This document shows positions 47,800 to 62,259 of a stretch of 64,000 bases of DNA, piece by piece (within the stretch, counting starts at the first letter, position 1; each line of letters opens with the position of its first letter). The DNA lies in contig MU056050.1 in NCBI GenBank assembly GCA_013239625.1, forward strand, positions 7,606,773-7,670,772, written 5' to 3'. The stretch comes from Lama guanicoe. Taxonomy: Eukaryota. The notes under the pieces are model-generated. The model worked only from the letters and a program-made list of their open reading frames with translations. It made no database searches and was not told where the DNA came from. The position numbers and the translations under genes were made by a program.

Positions 47800-50700
47800 A
47801 TTTTATTTTACTTTTATTTATATATATTTTTATTGAAGTATAATAAGCTTACAATGTTGTGTCAATTTCAGGTGTACAGCATAATGCTTCAGTCATACAT
47901 TAACATATATGTATTCATTTTCATATTCTTTTTCACCATAAGTTGTTACAAGATATTGAATATAATTCCCTGTTCTATACAGTATAAACATGTTTATCTA
48001 TTATATATATATTAGTTACTATCTGCAAATCTCGAACTCCCAATTTATCCCGTCCCACTCCCTTACCCTCCTGGTAACCATAAGTTTGTTTTCTATGTCT
48101 GTGAGTCTGTTTCTGTTTTGTAAGTAAGTTCATTTGTCTTGTTTTTAGATTCCACATATAAGTGATATTATATAGTGGTGTTTTTCTCTTTCTGGCTTTC
48201 TTCACTTAGAATGAAAATCTCCAGATCGATCTATGTTGCTGAAAATGGCATTAATTTATTATTTTTATGGCCAAGTAGTATTCCATTGTATAAATATACC
48301 ACATCTTCTTTATCCAATCATCTGTTGATGGATATTTAGGCTGTTTCCATGTCTTGGCTATTGTAAATAGTGCTGCTATGAACATTGGGGTGCAGGTGTC
48401 TTCTTGAAGTAGGGTTCTTTCTGGATATATGCCCAGGAGTGGGATTCCTGGGCCATATGGTAAGTCTATTCCTAGTCTTTTGAGGAATCTCCATAGTGGT
48501 TTCCATAATGGCCACATCAAACCTCCAACAGTGTAGGAGGGTTCCCTTTTCTCCACGCCCTCTCCAGCTTTTATTGTTTGTGGACTTTTGAATGATGGAC
48601 ATTCTGACTGATGTGAGATGATACCTCATTGTAGTTTTGATTTGCACTTTTCTGATAATTGGTGACACTGAGCACTTTTTCATATGCCTACTGGCCATTT
48701 ATATGTCTTCTTTGGAGAATTGCTTGTTTGGGTCTTCTGCCTATTTTTGGATTGGGTTTTTTTATTATTATAAAGTTGCATGAGCTGTTTATATATTGTG
48801 GAAATTAAGTCCTTATCAGTCTCATCTTTTGCAAATATTTTCTCTTATTCTGTAGGTTGTCTTTTTGTTTTGCTTATGATTTCCCTTGTTGTGCAAAAGT
48901 TTGTAAGTTTAATTAGGTCCCATTTGTCTATTTTTGCGTTTCTTTCTATTGCTTGGGTAGACTGCCCTAGAAGAACATTGTTAGGATTTATGTCAGATAA
49001 TGTTTTGCCTATGTTTCCTTCTAAGAGGTTTATAGTGTCTTGTGTCATGTTTAAGTCTTTGAGCCATTTTGAGTTAGTTTTTGTGTATGGTGTGAGGGAA
49101 TATTCTAACTTCATTAATTTACATGCAGCTGTCCAGTTATCCCAACTCCATTTGCTGAAGAGACTGTTTTCACTCCATTGTATGTTCCTGCCTCCTTTGT
49201 TAAAGTTTAATTGACCAAAAGTTTATGGGTTTATTTCTGGGCTCTCTATTCTGTCCCCTTGATCCATATGTCCGTTTTTGTACCAATACCATGTTGTTTT
49301 GATTACTGTAGCTCTGTATTACTGTCTTAAGTCTCAGAGGGTTATTCTTCCAGCTTCATTCTTTTTCTTCCGTATTGCTTTGGCAATTCTGGGTTTTTGT
49401 GATTCCATATAAATTTAAGGATTATTTGTTCTAGTTCTGTGAAAAATGTTCTGGGTAATTTGATAGGGATCACACTAAATCTGTAGATTGCTTTAGGTAG
49501 TATGGCCATTTTAATAATGTTAATTCTTCAAATCCATGAACATAGGATCTTTCCATTTCTTTAAGTCATCTTTAATTTCCTTAGTAATGTTTTGTTTTTC
49601 TTTGTATATATGTCTTTCACTTCCATGGTCAGAATAAGTATTTTATTTTTTTGGATGCAATTTTATAGAGATTGTTTTGTTACTTTCCTTTTCTGATATT
49701 TCACTGTTAGTGTAAAGAACTGCAACTGATTTCTGTATGTTAATTTTGTATCTGCTACCTCGCTAAAATCTTTTATCAGCTTTAGTAGTTTTTGTGTGTA
49801 GCCTTTAGGGTTTTCTATATATAGTATCATGTCATCTGCATATAAAACAATTTTACGTCTTTTCTTCCAATTTGGATCCCTTTTGTTTCCTTTTCTTGTC
49901 TAATTGCTGTGGCTAGGACTTCCAATACTATATTGAATCGAAGCGGTAAGAGTGGGCATCCGTGTCTTGTTTCAGATTTTAGCAGGAAGGCTTTTAATAT
50001 TACATAATTGAGTATTAGGCTGGCTGTAAGTTTGTCATAAATAGCTTTTATTCTGTTGAAATATGTTCCCTCTATATCTACTTTGGTTAGAGTTTTTATA
50101 ATAAATGGGTGTTGAATTTTATCAAAAGCTTTTTCTGCATGTAATGAGATGATCATGTGATTTTTGTCTTTTCTCTTGATGTGGTGTATCATTTTGACTG
50201 ATTTGTGTATGTTGAACCATCCTTGTGTCCCTGGGATGAATCCAACTTGATCATGATGTATGATCATTTTTATGTGTTGTTGGAGTCTGTTTGCTAATAT
50301 TTTGTTGAGGATTTTTGCATCTATGTTCATCAAAGGTGTTGGCTTATAGGTTTTTTTGGGTAGTGACTTTGGCTTTGGTATTTGGGTAATGGTGTTTTCA
50401 TAGAATAAGTTTCAGAGTATTCTCTCATCTTCAATCTTTTTGATGATTTTGAAAAGTATCGATATGAGCTCTTCTTGGTATGTTTGATAGAATTTCCCAG
50501 TGAAGCCATCTGGTACTGGACTTTTGTTTGCAGGGAGGTTTTTTTTTTTTATTGCTGATTATATTTCATTTCTAGTGATTGGCCTGTTCCAATGATCTGT
50601 TTCTTCTTGATTCAGTTTTGGTGGACTGTATATTTCTAGAAACTTGTCCATTTCTTCTAAGTTGTCCAATTTATTGCCATATAGTTGTTCGTACTATTCT

Positions 50701-53700
50701 TTCAGATTTTTTGTACTTCTGCGCTGTGGGTTGTAATTTCTCCATTTTCTTTTTTTTATAAACATTTTTATTGATTTATAATCATTTTACAATGTTGTGT
50801 CAAATTCCAGTGTAGAGCACAATTTTTCAGTTATACATGAACATATATATATTCATTGTCACATTTTTTCTCTGTGAGCTACCATAAGATCTTATGTATA
50901 TTTCTCTGTGTTATACAGTATAATCTTGTTTATCTATTTTACATTTTGAAATCCCAGTCTATCCCTTCCCACCCCCAGCCCCCTTGGTAAACACAAGTTT
51001 GTATTCTATGTCTATGAGTCTATTCCTCTTTTGTATTTATGTTTTGTTTGTTTGTTTGTTTTAAATTTTAGATCCACATATGAGCAATCTCATATAATAT
51101 TTTTCTGGTTTACTTCACTTAGAATGACATTCTCCAGGAGCATCCATGTTGCTGCAAATGGTGTTATGTTGTCAGATTTTATGGCTGAATAGTATTCCAT
51201 TTTCATTTTTTATTTTGTTTGTTTGCATCCTCTCTCTTTTCTTCTTGAAGAGCCTGGCCAGAGGTTTGCCAATTTTGTTTATTCTTTCAAAAACTCAGTT
51301 CTTGGTTTGAGTCTTTTTTTTCTATTGTTTTTTAATCTCTATTTTATTTATTCCCTCCCTGATCTTTATTATTTCTTTCCTTCTGCTGACTTTAGTTTTG
51401 TTTGTTATTCTTTTTCTAATTCCTTCAGGTGGTAGGTTAGATTGTTTATTTGACACTGTTTTTGTTTTTTGAGGAATGCCTGTATCACTATGAACTTCCC
51501 TCTTAGGAATGCTTTTGCTGCATCCCATAGATTTTGTGTGGTTCTGTTTTCAATGTTGTTTGTTTCAAGGTATTTTTAAATTTCTTCTTTTATTTCATCA
51601 TTGTCCCAGTGGTTTTTTTAGTAGCATGTTGTTTAGTCTCCATGCTGCCCTGATTTCTCATTTGCTTTTCTGTGGTTGATTTTTAGTTTCATGCCATTTT
51701 GGTCAGAGAAGATGCTTGAAATAATTTCTCTCCTCCTAAATTTGTCAAGCTTCTTTTGTGCCCAAGTATGTGGTCTGTCCTAGAGAATGTTCCATGAGCA
51801 CTTGGAAAGAATGTATATTCTGTTTTGGGAGGATGTGAAGTCCTAAAAATATCAACCAAATCCAACCGTTCTGTTGTGTCATTTAGTATCTCTGTTGCCT
51901 TATTGATTTTCTTTCCAGAAGACCTGTCCAATGATGTTAGTGGGGTGTTAAATTCTCCTATTATTATTTTATTCCCATCAATTTCTCCCTTTTGTTTGTT
52001 AGTAGTTGTTTTGTATATTTAGGTGCTCCTATATTGAATGCATATATGTTAATGAGTGTCATATCCTCATCTTGTACTGCTCTTTTGATCATTATATAGT
52101 GTCCTTCTTTATCTCTCTTTATGGCCTCTGTTTTAAAGTCTATTTTATCTGATGTGAGCATCGCTACTCCTGCTTTCTTGTCATTTTCATTTACAAGAAA
52201 TATCTTTTTCCATCCTCTCACTTTCAATCTATGTGTGTCCTTCACTCTAAAGTGGGTCTGCTGTAGGCAGCATATTGTAGGCTTTTGTTTTATCATCCAA
52301 TCTGCCACTCTGTGTCTTTTGTTTGGAGCATTTAGTCCATGACATTTATAGTAATTATTGATAGATGTGTTTATAGCCACTGTGAACTTTGTTTTCCAGT
52401 TGGTTTGGTATTTCCTCTTTGTTCCTTTCTTTTCTTTTTTCTTTTTCTTTTTGTGGTTAGATAAATTTTTTTGTATTAGTTTGGTTTCTTTTTGGTTTTT
52501 GTGACTCTTTTGTATGCTTTTGATTTGTCATTATCCTGTTTTATAAGTATGTTAACCCACTACTATATCTGTTTGCTTTAGACTGGTATTGATTTAGGCT
52601 CAAACACATCCTAAAAAGAATAAAAAAAGAAAAGAAAAAAGAAAAAAGAAGAAGAGAGAGAAATAATCCTATATTTCTTCCTCCCCTCTCTCACTTTTTA
52701 TGATTTTGATGTCTTTTTTTTTACAGCTTCATGTTTATTTTCTTGCAACTCATTGCAGTTATCACATTTCCAATTATGGTTTTCTTGTTTCTCTATCTTC
52801 CTGCTTCTTTTCTATTTAGAGTAGAACTTTAAATGTTTCTTTTAGGATAGATTTATTATTACTGAATTCTTTTAGTTTTTGCTTGTCTGTGAAATTCTTT
52901 ATCTCTCCTTCAACTTTAAAGAATAGTCTTGCTGGATAGAGTATCCTAGTTTGCAGCTTTTTCTCATTCAGGACTTTGAATATGTCTTGCCCCTCCATTC
53001 TGGAGAGCAGTGTTTGTGTAAAGAAATCAGTTGAAAGCCTTATGGGGTTCCTGTGTAACTAACTCTTTGTTTTTCTTTTGCTGCCTTTTGAATCTTTTAT
53101 TTATGTTTATTTAACTTTCATCATCTTAATTATAATATGTCTTGGTGTAGGTCTGTTTGGGTTCTTCTTATTTGGGACCCTCTGTGCTTCCTGTGCTTGG
53201 ATATCTGTTTCCTTCTTTAGGTTTGGAAAGTTTTCAGTCATGATTTCTTCAAATACTTTTTCAATCCCCCTTTCTCTTTCTTCTCCTCCTGGGACCCCTA
53301 TTATGCATAGGTTGGCATGCTTTAAATTACCCCATAGGTCCCTTATATAGCTTTCATTGGTTTTACTTGCTTTTCTGTTTGCTATTCTAATTGGGTGACT
53401 TCTGTTATCCTGTCTTCTAAATCACTTATTCGTTTCTCTGCATTATCTAGTGTGCTTTTGACTGCCTTTAGCCAGGCTCTTATCTCAGCCATTGAGTTTT
53501 CTGTTTTTAATTGGCTCCTCTTCTTATAGTTTCTGATTCCTTTTTATAGTATTCTCTGTCTTTATTTATAGTCCCTCTTATTTTCTTCAGTGCTTTTATC
53601 ACCCCCTTTTTGAAGTCATGATCTATTAGACTGTCAAGGTCTATCTCATTGTTCATTCTTTCAAGGGACTCCTCTTGTTCTTTTAATTGGGTGTAGTTCC

Positions 53701-55280
53701 TCTGTGTCTTCATTTTACTTCTATTTCTCTGACTGTATGGATTTAGGAGTATGAATTACCTACTGTAGTCTTGAAGGGGTATTTGTTTGTTTGTTTGTTT
53801 GTTTTTATTTAAAATGGGAACATTCCTGAGTAGACTATGTGTACTGAATAGTTTTGTGCAAGGTCTGCTCTTAGTATGGATGGTTGCCACATCTTTCTTC
53901 CATGTGTGTTGGCTGTTATACCTTTGATTGAGAGTGTGGTTGGTGTAGTGGTGATCAGAGCCTGTCCTGATTGTTGTTGTTGAGTGGGGCCTCTGTTTTT
54001 GTTCTGTGGTTGTCACAGCCTTGACACAGGCCAGGTCTGCTCCCCTGTTGCTGAAATGGAGGCTTCTAGATTTGTTTCTGAACTGTGGTATGTGGTAGGC
54101 AGGGTTTAGAGCACTTCAGCTGGGAAGAAGAGGTGTGAAGTATACCTCTGCAGGAGATGTCCACTGGGAAGTGCTCTCTGTGGTGTTGTCAGTCACTTGT
54201 TATGCAGGCTTACAATGTACTCTTTGTTGATGCTGCCTTTGTCCCCACCTCAGCTGCGGAAATGTTAGCCACTCAGTCTGGTGTACCCCAGGTTCTGGGC
54301 TCCCAGAATCACCAGCCCAGATCTGCTAATGTCAGGCACTAGGATCTGCCATAGCGAGCATGCAGTCACCTATCTGAATTTGTGGTGCACCACAGTATCA
54401 GCACGGACTCCAGCCTTGCCTCCACATCCAGTACTGTATGCCAGCCTGTTGTAAATACCCGTACTCACCCCCACTGTGAGTTCTGCTTACTGCCTGTTCA
54501 TCCCAAGGCACAAGTTCACAAAAGCATCAGCCAACCAAATCCACCCTCTCTGCCTGGAACTGTAAACAAATCTCAGTCCTGCCTGTGAAGTTCCAGGGCC
54601 CCTTGGTATGAATTGAGCTTTCACTATACATCCACACAGGAATAATGACTAAGCCCCACCTCTCTTCTCATGAGAACACATGTGCCCTTCCCCACCATGC
54701 ACATCAGTACCAATGTTTTTTTATGGGGGTCCCAAGGTATTCTGTTCTGCACACACCACCAGCCAGAGCTCACATCACTCTCCAGTTCCCTGAGGCTGCC
54801 TCTATGCAGTGGGCCTCATCCCTTTCCCTGGGCTCATCACCAATATCCAGCAGTCAGTCCAGGCTTGTCCCTGCCAGCTTGCATCTAGGGCTGGGGATTG
54901 CAGGGATCCTCTGTGTCACTTTTTCTTAGTTCTGTCTTCCAAGCAACTTCTACTTTCTCCTCTGAGCCTTGGAAGCTCCACTTCTGTCCCCACTGGCCCC
55001 CAGCTGGAGAGAAGGCATCCTAGCATGAGGGTGCCATTCTTCCTTTGCTGCTCCCTCTTCACAGGACTGGTCCTGCACTGATTTTCTTTTTCTTTTTTCT
55101 TTTTTTCCCCCCTCTTACCAGATTTTGTGAGCATTCTCCTGTATTTCAAAGTAAGAGATACTCTGCCAGATTTCAGTAAGTGTTTTGTGCAACTCAGTGG
55201 GTTCGTAGATATAATTCTTGGTGTATTTGTTGGAGAGGGTGATTTGTGAGTCTCTCTACTCCACCACCTTGACACCTCCC
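47800..55280 (-). mobile_element. Near full-length decayed L1 (5' UTR about 53714-55280, ORF1 about 52816-53713, ORF2 about 48150-52380, 3' UTR)
   Basis: ORF1 remnants (MKTQRNYTQLKEQE; ILYPARLFFKVEGEIKNF), endonuclease (GLNAPNKRHRVADW, ICCLQQTH), RT fragments; many stops and frameshifts. Confidence 0.92.
50750..51195 (-). mobile_element. Young L1 3' end nested in ORF2 of the full-length L1
   Basis: TSD TCCATTTTC (50741-50749, 51196-51204); poly-T head; 3' UTR like the other young copies. Confidence 0.85.
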
Positions 55281-56829
55281 CACAACGTTCTTTTTAAATT
55301 GTCAATCCCATTGTAGCTCATTAGTTCTGTTTGATTATTTTTCCCTCAGTAGCATAAGAAACTTTTTGAGTTGCACTATTCAATTACCTTTCTTCAAACT
55401 TGTCATTAATAATCTTCAGGGAAAAGAGGGCTCTGGTTTCCTTATGTGTGTGTGTGTATGTGTGTGTGTGTGTGAAAGAGAGAGAGTGACAGGGAGAGAG
55501 AGAGGTGGAGAGAGAATGAGAGAATTGGAAATATTTATTTATAGATATAGCTTCTTTAACTTCCATGAAAATCACAAAAATTCAATGGCTTAGGAGCTTC
55601 CCTGGCCCATGGAAAATGCTTAGAGTCTTCGTCTGTCTCTTTCGTTCATTCCTTACATGTCACCCTACTACTGATCCAAGGTTATGCATATCTTGCCTCT
55701 CTGTGTTCCATGTCTCAATCTTATTATTGCTACATCCCCTAAGAAGACCACTGACATCACATATCTTCACAGGGGAATGCTAATGGCAGAGAGTTATCAC
55801 CTTTGTGTTAGCCTCTTCTCCCAAGAAAGGGTGTCCCTCCCCTTTATAAGACAAATAGTTATTAAACAATTCCTATGATCCAGGCACTATCCAAGGTATT
55901 CAGGCTTAAATTTGAGAATGAAATAATAACTGTCCCTCCCTTCATGGAAGTCCCCCATTTCAGTTCCGTTCTCTGCACTGTCTCCTTCCTTCCCCTCAGC
56001 CCTCAGAAATATCCCTGAGTGTTATGTACAGAGAAAAGCAGTTGTTCTTTCAGTGGCCATCTAATTCCTGTGGTACACTGCCCCTTATCTTTTTTCCACA
56101 GTGTGGAAAATGATCTTTCTAAAGCACAGAAATGATTACTTCTCACCATAGCTTAGAAACCTCCTATGACTCCCCACTACCTACAAACTGAAGCTTTTAT
56201 TTCATAGTAAAGCATATAAGACCCTTCATAATATGAGCCTAGTCTGGTGTATTGATCTATTTTTTTCCCAACTCCCCATTAAAAACTCTGTACTCAAAGC
56301 TGGAACTAGAGTGAGGTACCTACGGTATGAACCTAAAAGCAAGTGCCTCCTTACAGTTTTTTGTGCCTTAGGTGCTTCACTCAGCTTATCTGAGTCCCAA
56401 TCCTGCTTATTTTGGGGCCATACAAGTTGGGCTCTCTGCCCCCAAACACATGATGTGCCTTTGCAGTGTTTCCTTTGTTTTCACTATCTTTCCTCTCTCA
56501 TAATTAAAGACAATTCCAAAAATGTTTACTTATGTTTATTTTACTCACACCTCACTAGAGCGTAAGCTCCAAGAGAGTAAGGGTCATGTCTGTGTTGCTC
56601 ACTGTTGTATCTCCAGCAATTAGGAAAAGGAAGGATAAAACAATTCCATTTCAAAAGCCACTTCCTCCATGGAATCTTCCCCGACTCTTCTGTCCCTCTG
56701 AAAATTCAATTGCTCTTCCTTTTATGCTCACACAAGTCTCCAAGGATATAACTCAGTTTTAGCTTTATCACACTGTAAGATATTTACACTAAATATCTCC
56801 CTTTTACTACATATATTGAAATAAATATT

Positions 56830-59110
56830 TTGATGTTAGAGCAGTTTTAAATTCACAGAATCATTGCTAAGATAGTACAGAATTTTCAAATACTTCACAC
56901 CCAGCTTCTCCTGTTATTAACATCTTACATTAATATGGTACATTTTACACAATTAATTGACTAATATTGATACACTATTATTAAAGTTCTTACTTTGCTC
57001 AGATTTCCTCAGTTTTTACCTAATGTCTCTTTTTTGTTCCACAAGATTCCATCCAGGATACCATATTATAGTCAGATGGCACATCTTTTTAGGCTCCTCT
57101 GGGTTGTGATAGTTTTTCAGAATTCCCTCATTTTGGTTACCTTGATAGTTTTAAGGTTTACTGGTCAGATGTTTTGTACAATGGATTTCATTTTTCTCTG
57201 ACTTTTTTCCCTCATGATTAGACTGGAGTAACATGTTTTTGGAAGGAACACCTCAGAGGTAAAATGCCATACTCATCATATCATATCAAATGTATATTAT
57301 AAATATATATTAACCTTGGTTACCTGGTTTGAAGTAATGCTTGTCAAGTTCTGCACTGTAAAGTTTCCCTTTTCCCCTCTTTTCATACTGTCTCCTTTGG
57401 AAGACAGTCACTATGCAGAGTCCATACTTAGAGAGTGGGAAGTCATGCTTCACCTCCTTAAAGGTAGAGCATCTGTATAAGTAATTTGGAATTCTTCTCA
57501 CCTGAGATTTGTGTATTCTTCTCACTTATTTATTTAGTAACTTACATCAGCACTTATTTATATCAAAAGTTTTATGTTTTGGATTACAGGCTTATACTAT
57601 TTTGTTTATTTTGCTGCCCAAATTGCTTCAGCCTAGGTCACTGAGAGCTACTTCAGTTGGCTCCTGTATGTTTTTTCACATAGTCCTATTTTATTTTTAG
57701 CACTTTCTTATTCCTGGCATTACAAGATACTCCAAAGTAATCTTGTATAATTACTGTTCCAGTGGTAGAAACAGCCATTTCTTCAAGGAGTCCCAGTTTC
57801 TTTTATTGGAGAATGGTGTTAGAAACCAAGATCTGGGTGCAAGATGTGTTTCTTGATTGTGTCATTGCTTCTAGGGCTTCTCAGATGGCAGAGCAAGGAG
57901 ATATAAGTGTGCATATTTAATGTATATATATTTATCTATAAATATTTCTTTTTCATTGAGATATAAGTGACATATAAGTGTATAAATTAAGGCGTACAGC
58001 ATGTTGATTTAATACACTTATATATTACAATATGGTTAGCACTGTAACTTATTTAATATGTCCATCACATCATGCAATTATCATTTCTTTTTTTCTGGTG
58101 AGAACATTTAAGATTTAGTCTCTTAGTAGCTTTAAAGTATATAATACACTGTTGGTAACTATAATCACAATGCTGTGCATTAGATCCCCAGAAATTATTC
58201 ATCTATTTGCAAATGTATGCCCTTTGGCCAATATCTTTCCAACTCTCCCAACCTCAGGCCCTCATAACTACCGTTCTACTGTTTCCATGAATTTGGCTTT
58301 TTTAGATTCCACATGAGTGATCTAATACAGTATTTTTTCTTTCTGTGTCTGATTTATCTTTTTGAGCTAGTGTTTTAGTTTTCTCCAGATAAAAACCTAG
58401 AAGTGGAATTGCTGGGTCTTATGGTAGCTCTATTTTTGATTTTTTTGAGCAACTTCCATACTGTTTTCCATAGTGGCTGCACCAACTTACATTCCCAGCA
58501 ACAGTGCACAAGGGTTCCCTTTTCTCAACATCTTCACCAACACTTGTTATTTCTGATCTTTTTGGTAATAGTCATTTGAATAGGCATGAGGTGATATCTC
58601 TGTGGTTTTGATTTGCATTTCCCTGACAATCAGTGATGTTGAGCACCTTTTCACGTACCTATTGACTATTTGTATATATTCTTTGGAAAAATGTCTATTC
58701 AGTTCCTCTGCCCATTATTAAAATGTATTTTCCAACTTTTGAGATATAATTGACACATAACATTGTGTAAGTTTAAAGTGTACACTGTGTTGATTGGATA
58801 CACTTATACTATTACCATCATAGTATTAGTTACCACCTCCATTCTATCTTGTAGTTGACATTTCCTTTTTGTAGTAAGAACATTTAAGATCTACTCTCCC
58901 AGCAACATTAAAGTATATGATAGAGTGTTATTAGCTATAGTCACCATGTTGTTAATCTTACAGCTAGAAGTCTGTACCCTTTGAGAGATACCTTGTTATT
59001 TCTATTGCTCCCAACCCCTGGTAACCACCACTCTACTCTTAGTTTCTCTTGGTAACCACCACTCTACTCTTAGTTTCTCTGAGTTTTCTCTTTTTAGATT
59101 CCATATTCTC
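56830..59110 (-). mobile_element. Nested old L1 3'-end fragments
   Basis: L1 3' phrases (CATAGTGGCTGCACCAACTTACATTCCC, TTTTTAGATTCCACATGAGTGA); boundaries approximate. Confidence 0.7.
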
Positions 59111-59269
59111 ATTGTGGGTAAAAATGGAAAATGATACAACTTCTTTTGAAGACAGTATGGCAGTCTCTTACAAAGCTAAGCAAAATATTACTATATGATC
59201 CAGCAACCATGCTCTAAGGTATTTACTCAACTAATCTGAAAAGCTATGTCTACACAAACTTGTAGTCGT

Positions 59270-61950
59270 GGTAATCTATATTATGACTCCATTTAATTCA
59301 TCTTGCAAAAATTAAATGCACCTTGGGAGATGATGAAATGACATAAACTTAACAAGCAATAGGCCCTATTAGAGCTTCTATACCAGATATGGTATTCTTA
59401 CTATAACAGATTGTCACCAATATATCCTCTGACATTTGGTATGTGACTTTGATACAGCCAAATGATTTGTTTCAAAATTAATCAGAAAGAAGGATGAGAA
59501 GTTATTCATATTCACTTGGATAGACAGCAGCATATATTAATGGTTCTCACCCAGGTCTATTTTAACTCTCCTGCTCTTTGTCGAAATATTCCCAAGAGAA
59601 TTTGATATTCTGTAAACTCTATAGGATCTCATGCTAGTTCACTATATTAATAACATCAATTTATTTGGCTCTGATAAAGAGGAGGTGGCAAATATTCTAC
59701 TCCAGAAGGTGGTAGATAAATCTTATAATGACAGAGAGACTTGTCATATTGGTGAATTTTTAAAAGATCAAGTTAGGGGGAGGGTATAGCTCAGTGGTAG
59801 AGCACATGTTTAGCAAGCAGGAGGCCCTGGGTTTAATCCCCTGTACCTCCATTTAAAAAAAATGTAATTACCTACCCACCCAAACAAACAAATAAGAAGA
59901 TCAAGCTTATCTGGTTCATGCAGGCATGCCATGAAGAGGACATGTTATTGTACCTTGCATCTCTTACTACTGAGAAAGTACCAAGATGGTAGACCTTTTT
60001 GGATTTTGGAGACTATATATACTGTAATTGGGAATATTTATGAGATGACTTTCAAATCTTCCAGTTTTAAGTTGAAGTAAAAGGAAGAAAGGCATTGAGG
60101 AAGGACTGACTATAGTACAAGTGGCACTGCTCGTTGGAAAAATTTCACCTGACAGATTCCATGGTGCTAGAGATGTTTGTGGTAGTTGAAGATACCATGC
60201 AGAGTCTCTGGTGAACCTGAAAAGTAAAGGTGAAGCACAGACCTATAGGGTCCTGAAGCAAGTCCACGTTGTCTGCCACAGAGAAATATATACCATTCAG
60301 AAAGAATGTGTTACTGGGTCCTGGTAGTGAATGAATGAGTATCTGTCCATGGGACATTAGCTGACTATACAGATAAGACTTCTCTCATGAACTTGGTTCT
60401 GGCAGACCTACCAGGTCATAAGATTTGGCTATCACAGTAGCAATCTATAGTGTGATAGAAGTAGTACATTTGGAATTAGATTTGATTATATCCAGATGGC
60501 ATGAGTTAGTTAAATGAAACAGTGGCCCAGTACCTATTTTTGCAATAAGGACTCTTTTCCAGCTCACATCCATGACCTCATGAGGCATTCTTTATGACTT
60601 GTTGACAGAGGAGAAAAAAACAGGGTCTGGTTCCTGTGTTGATATGAGCCAAAAATGAATGACAGCTTCATTACAAACCCACTCAGAGGCATCTCTGAAA
60701 TACAGTAGTAGGGAAAAATCCTTCAGATGTATAGAGCTGATCAATCATCCACTTTGGATGAAGACATAAATAAGCATATATGTGGACAGTAGTGATTAGT
60801 TTGACTGGTTGGTCAAGGTGTTGGGAGAAGCAAGATTGAAAGATCAAGGCAAATGGAATAGCATGTGGATAGACCCATAGGAGTCCACAGAATGTGAGGA
60901 TTTTTATGTCTCACAGTAATGCCCATGCGAGAATATTCACTGCAAAAGAAGCACCACTAAACAAGTCAACAGGATGACTTGTTAAGTAGATGTCAGCCAG
61001 CCCATGTGTTTGTTACACCAGCACCTGCACAATCTACCTGTGAATGGATTAATCATGATATGAGAGATAGAGACTAGATATTGGACCAACAACATGGGCT
61101 TTCTCTTACCAAGACTGGTTAGCTACTACCACTTGGTATCTTGAGTAAATATCTTCCTGGTTTTCAGTACCAGAGGCCAATGCTAAACCCTCAATATGGT
61201 ACTGTCCCTTGAAGAGACAAATCAGACATTTGGTGGTACATCTTGCACTGTAAAAGGCAAAGATTTATTATACCTTTGATTTACTTGTATTCTGAGTAAG
61301 GACTTGCGTTTCCTGCTTGTTGTGCTTCAGCCAACTCTACTATTTGAGTTCTTATAGAAAGCTGATTTACCAACATGAGGTCCTGCATACTATTACCTTG
61401 CATTAATGAATTATCTTCATGACAAAAGAGACATGACAATGGATGTATGACCATGAGGTCCACTGGTTATACCTTATGCCTCATTACCCAGAAACTGTCA
61501 GTGTAATAGAATACTGGCATGGTCCCTTGAATGTTCAGATAAGGCAATATTTTGGATATGATGCCTATGATTTGGGGTCTCTGTCCTTTAATGAAGCAGT
61601 CTATATCTTGAAACAACAGTCATTATTTGGTGTTCTATCTCCAATAGGTAGAATACATAGATTTGGGGGAAAATGGATAGAAGAAGGAATGGCCCCACTC
61701 ACCATCATTCCCAGTGACCTACTTGAAAACTTTAAGTTCTATGGTTCTAGATGCCCTAATTTCCAGAGGGTAGATGCTTCCACCAGGGGATTCTGTAAGA
61801 TTCCTACTAAACTTAAAGCAATGACTGCCACCTGGTAATTTTGAGTTTCTTATGCCAGTAGAATAGCAGGTAAAGAAAGGGATGACATATTGGAAAAGCT
61901 AACTGACTTTGACCATCATGAGTAGGTGGAATTGTTACTCCTATACCCAT
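59270..61950 (+). mobile_element. Decayed class III endogenous retrovirus (ERV-L-type) pol: RT, RNase H region, integrase
   Basis: Remnants LTQVYFNSPALC (cf. LPQGYxNSPALC), LVHYINNI (cf. LVHYIDDI), HEVHWLYLMPHYPETVSVIEYWHGPL (cf. HGIHWSYHVPHHPEAAGLIERWNGLL). Confidence 0.8.
59776..59896 (+). mobile_element. tRNA-Ala-derived SINE, Vic-1-like (camelid)
   Basis: GGGGAGGGTATAGCTCAGTGGTAGAGC...GGGTTTAATCCCC..TACCTCCATTTAAAAA..AATTACCT tail; TSD core AAGATCAAG (59764-59772, 59897-59905). Confidence 0.8.
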
Positions 61951-62259
61951 TTTTAACTGTGAATGGGCAATGGATCTGGAAGGAAGTGGCTGGAGAACAG
62001 GGAGTCATCTTTCTGCCATGGCCAGCATCCCAGAGATCTTGAGCTCATCAGAATTTATTCTACCTCCATAGCAATGGGCTTACATTGTGGAGGAAGGGAG
62101 GTTATCCTCAAGGTGATCTGGACTCATTTGCCATCTCCAGAAAGCACCACCACGAAATATTTCCAATCATTACAAGGCTTGCAGATTGGCTCTGCTCTAA
62201 GGGAAGGAAATGTGTTCATTAATTATGGGCCAAGAGGGAATATGAAAGTTGGGCTTTGA

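Noticed and set aside
47800..55280. Active L1
   Set aside because: ORF1 and ORF2 are broken by many stops and frameshifts and by a nested insertion; no convincing TSD was found.
59776..59850. tRNA-Ala gene
   Set aside because: Degenerate stems and B box, SINE-type tail and a target-site duplication indicate a tRNA-derived SINE.
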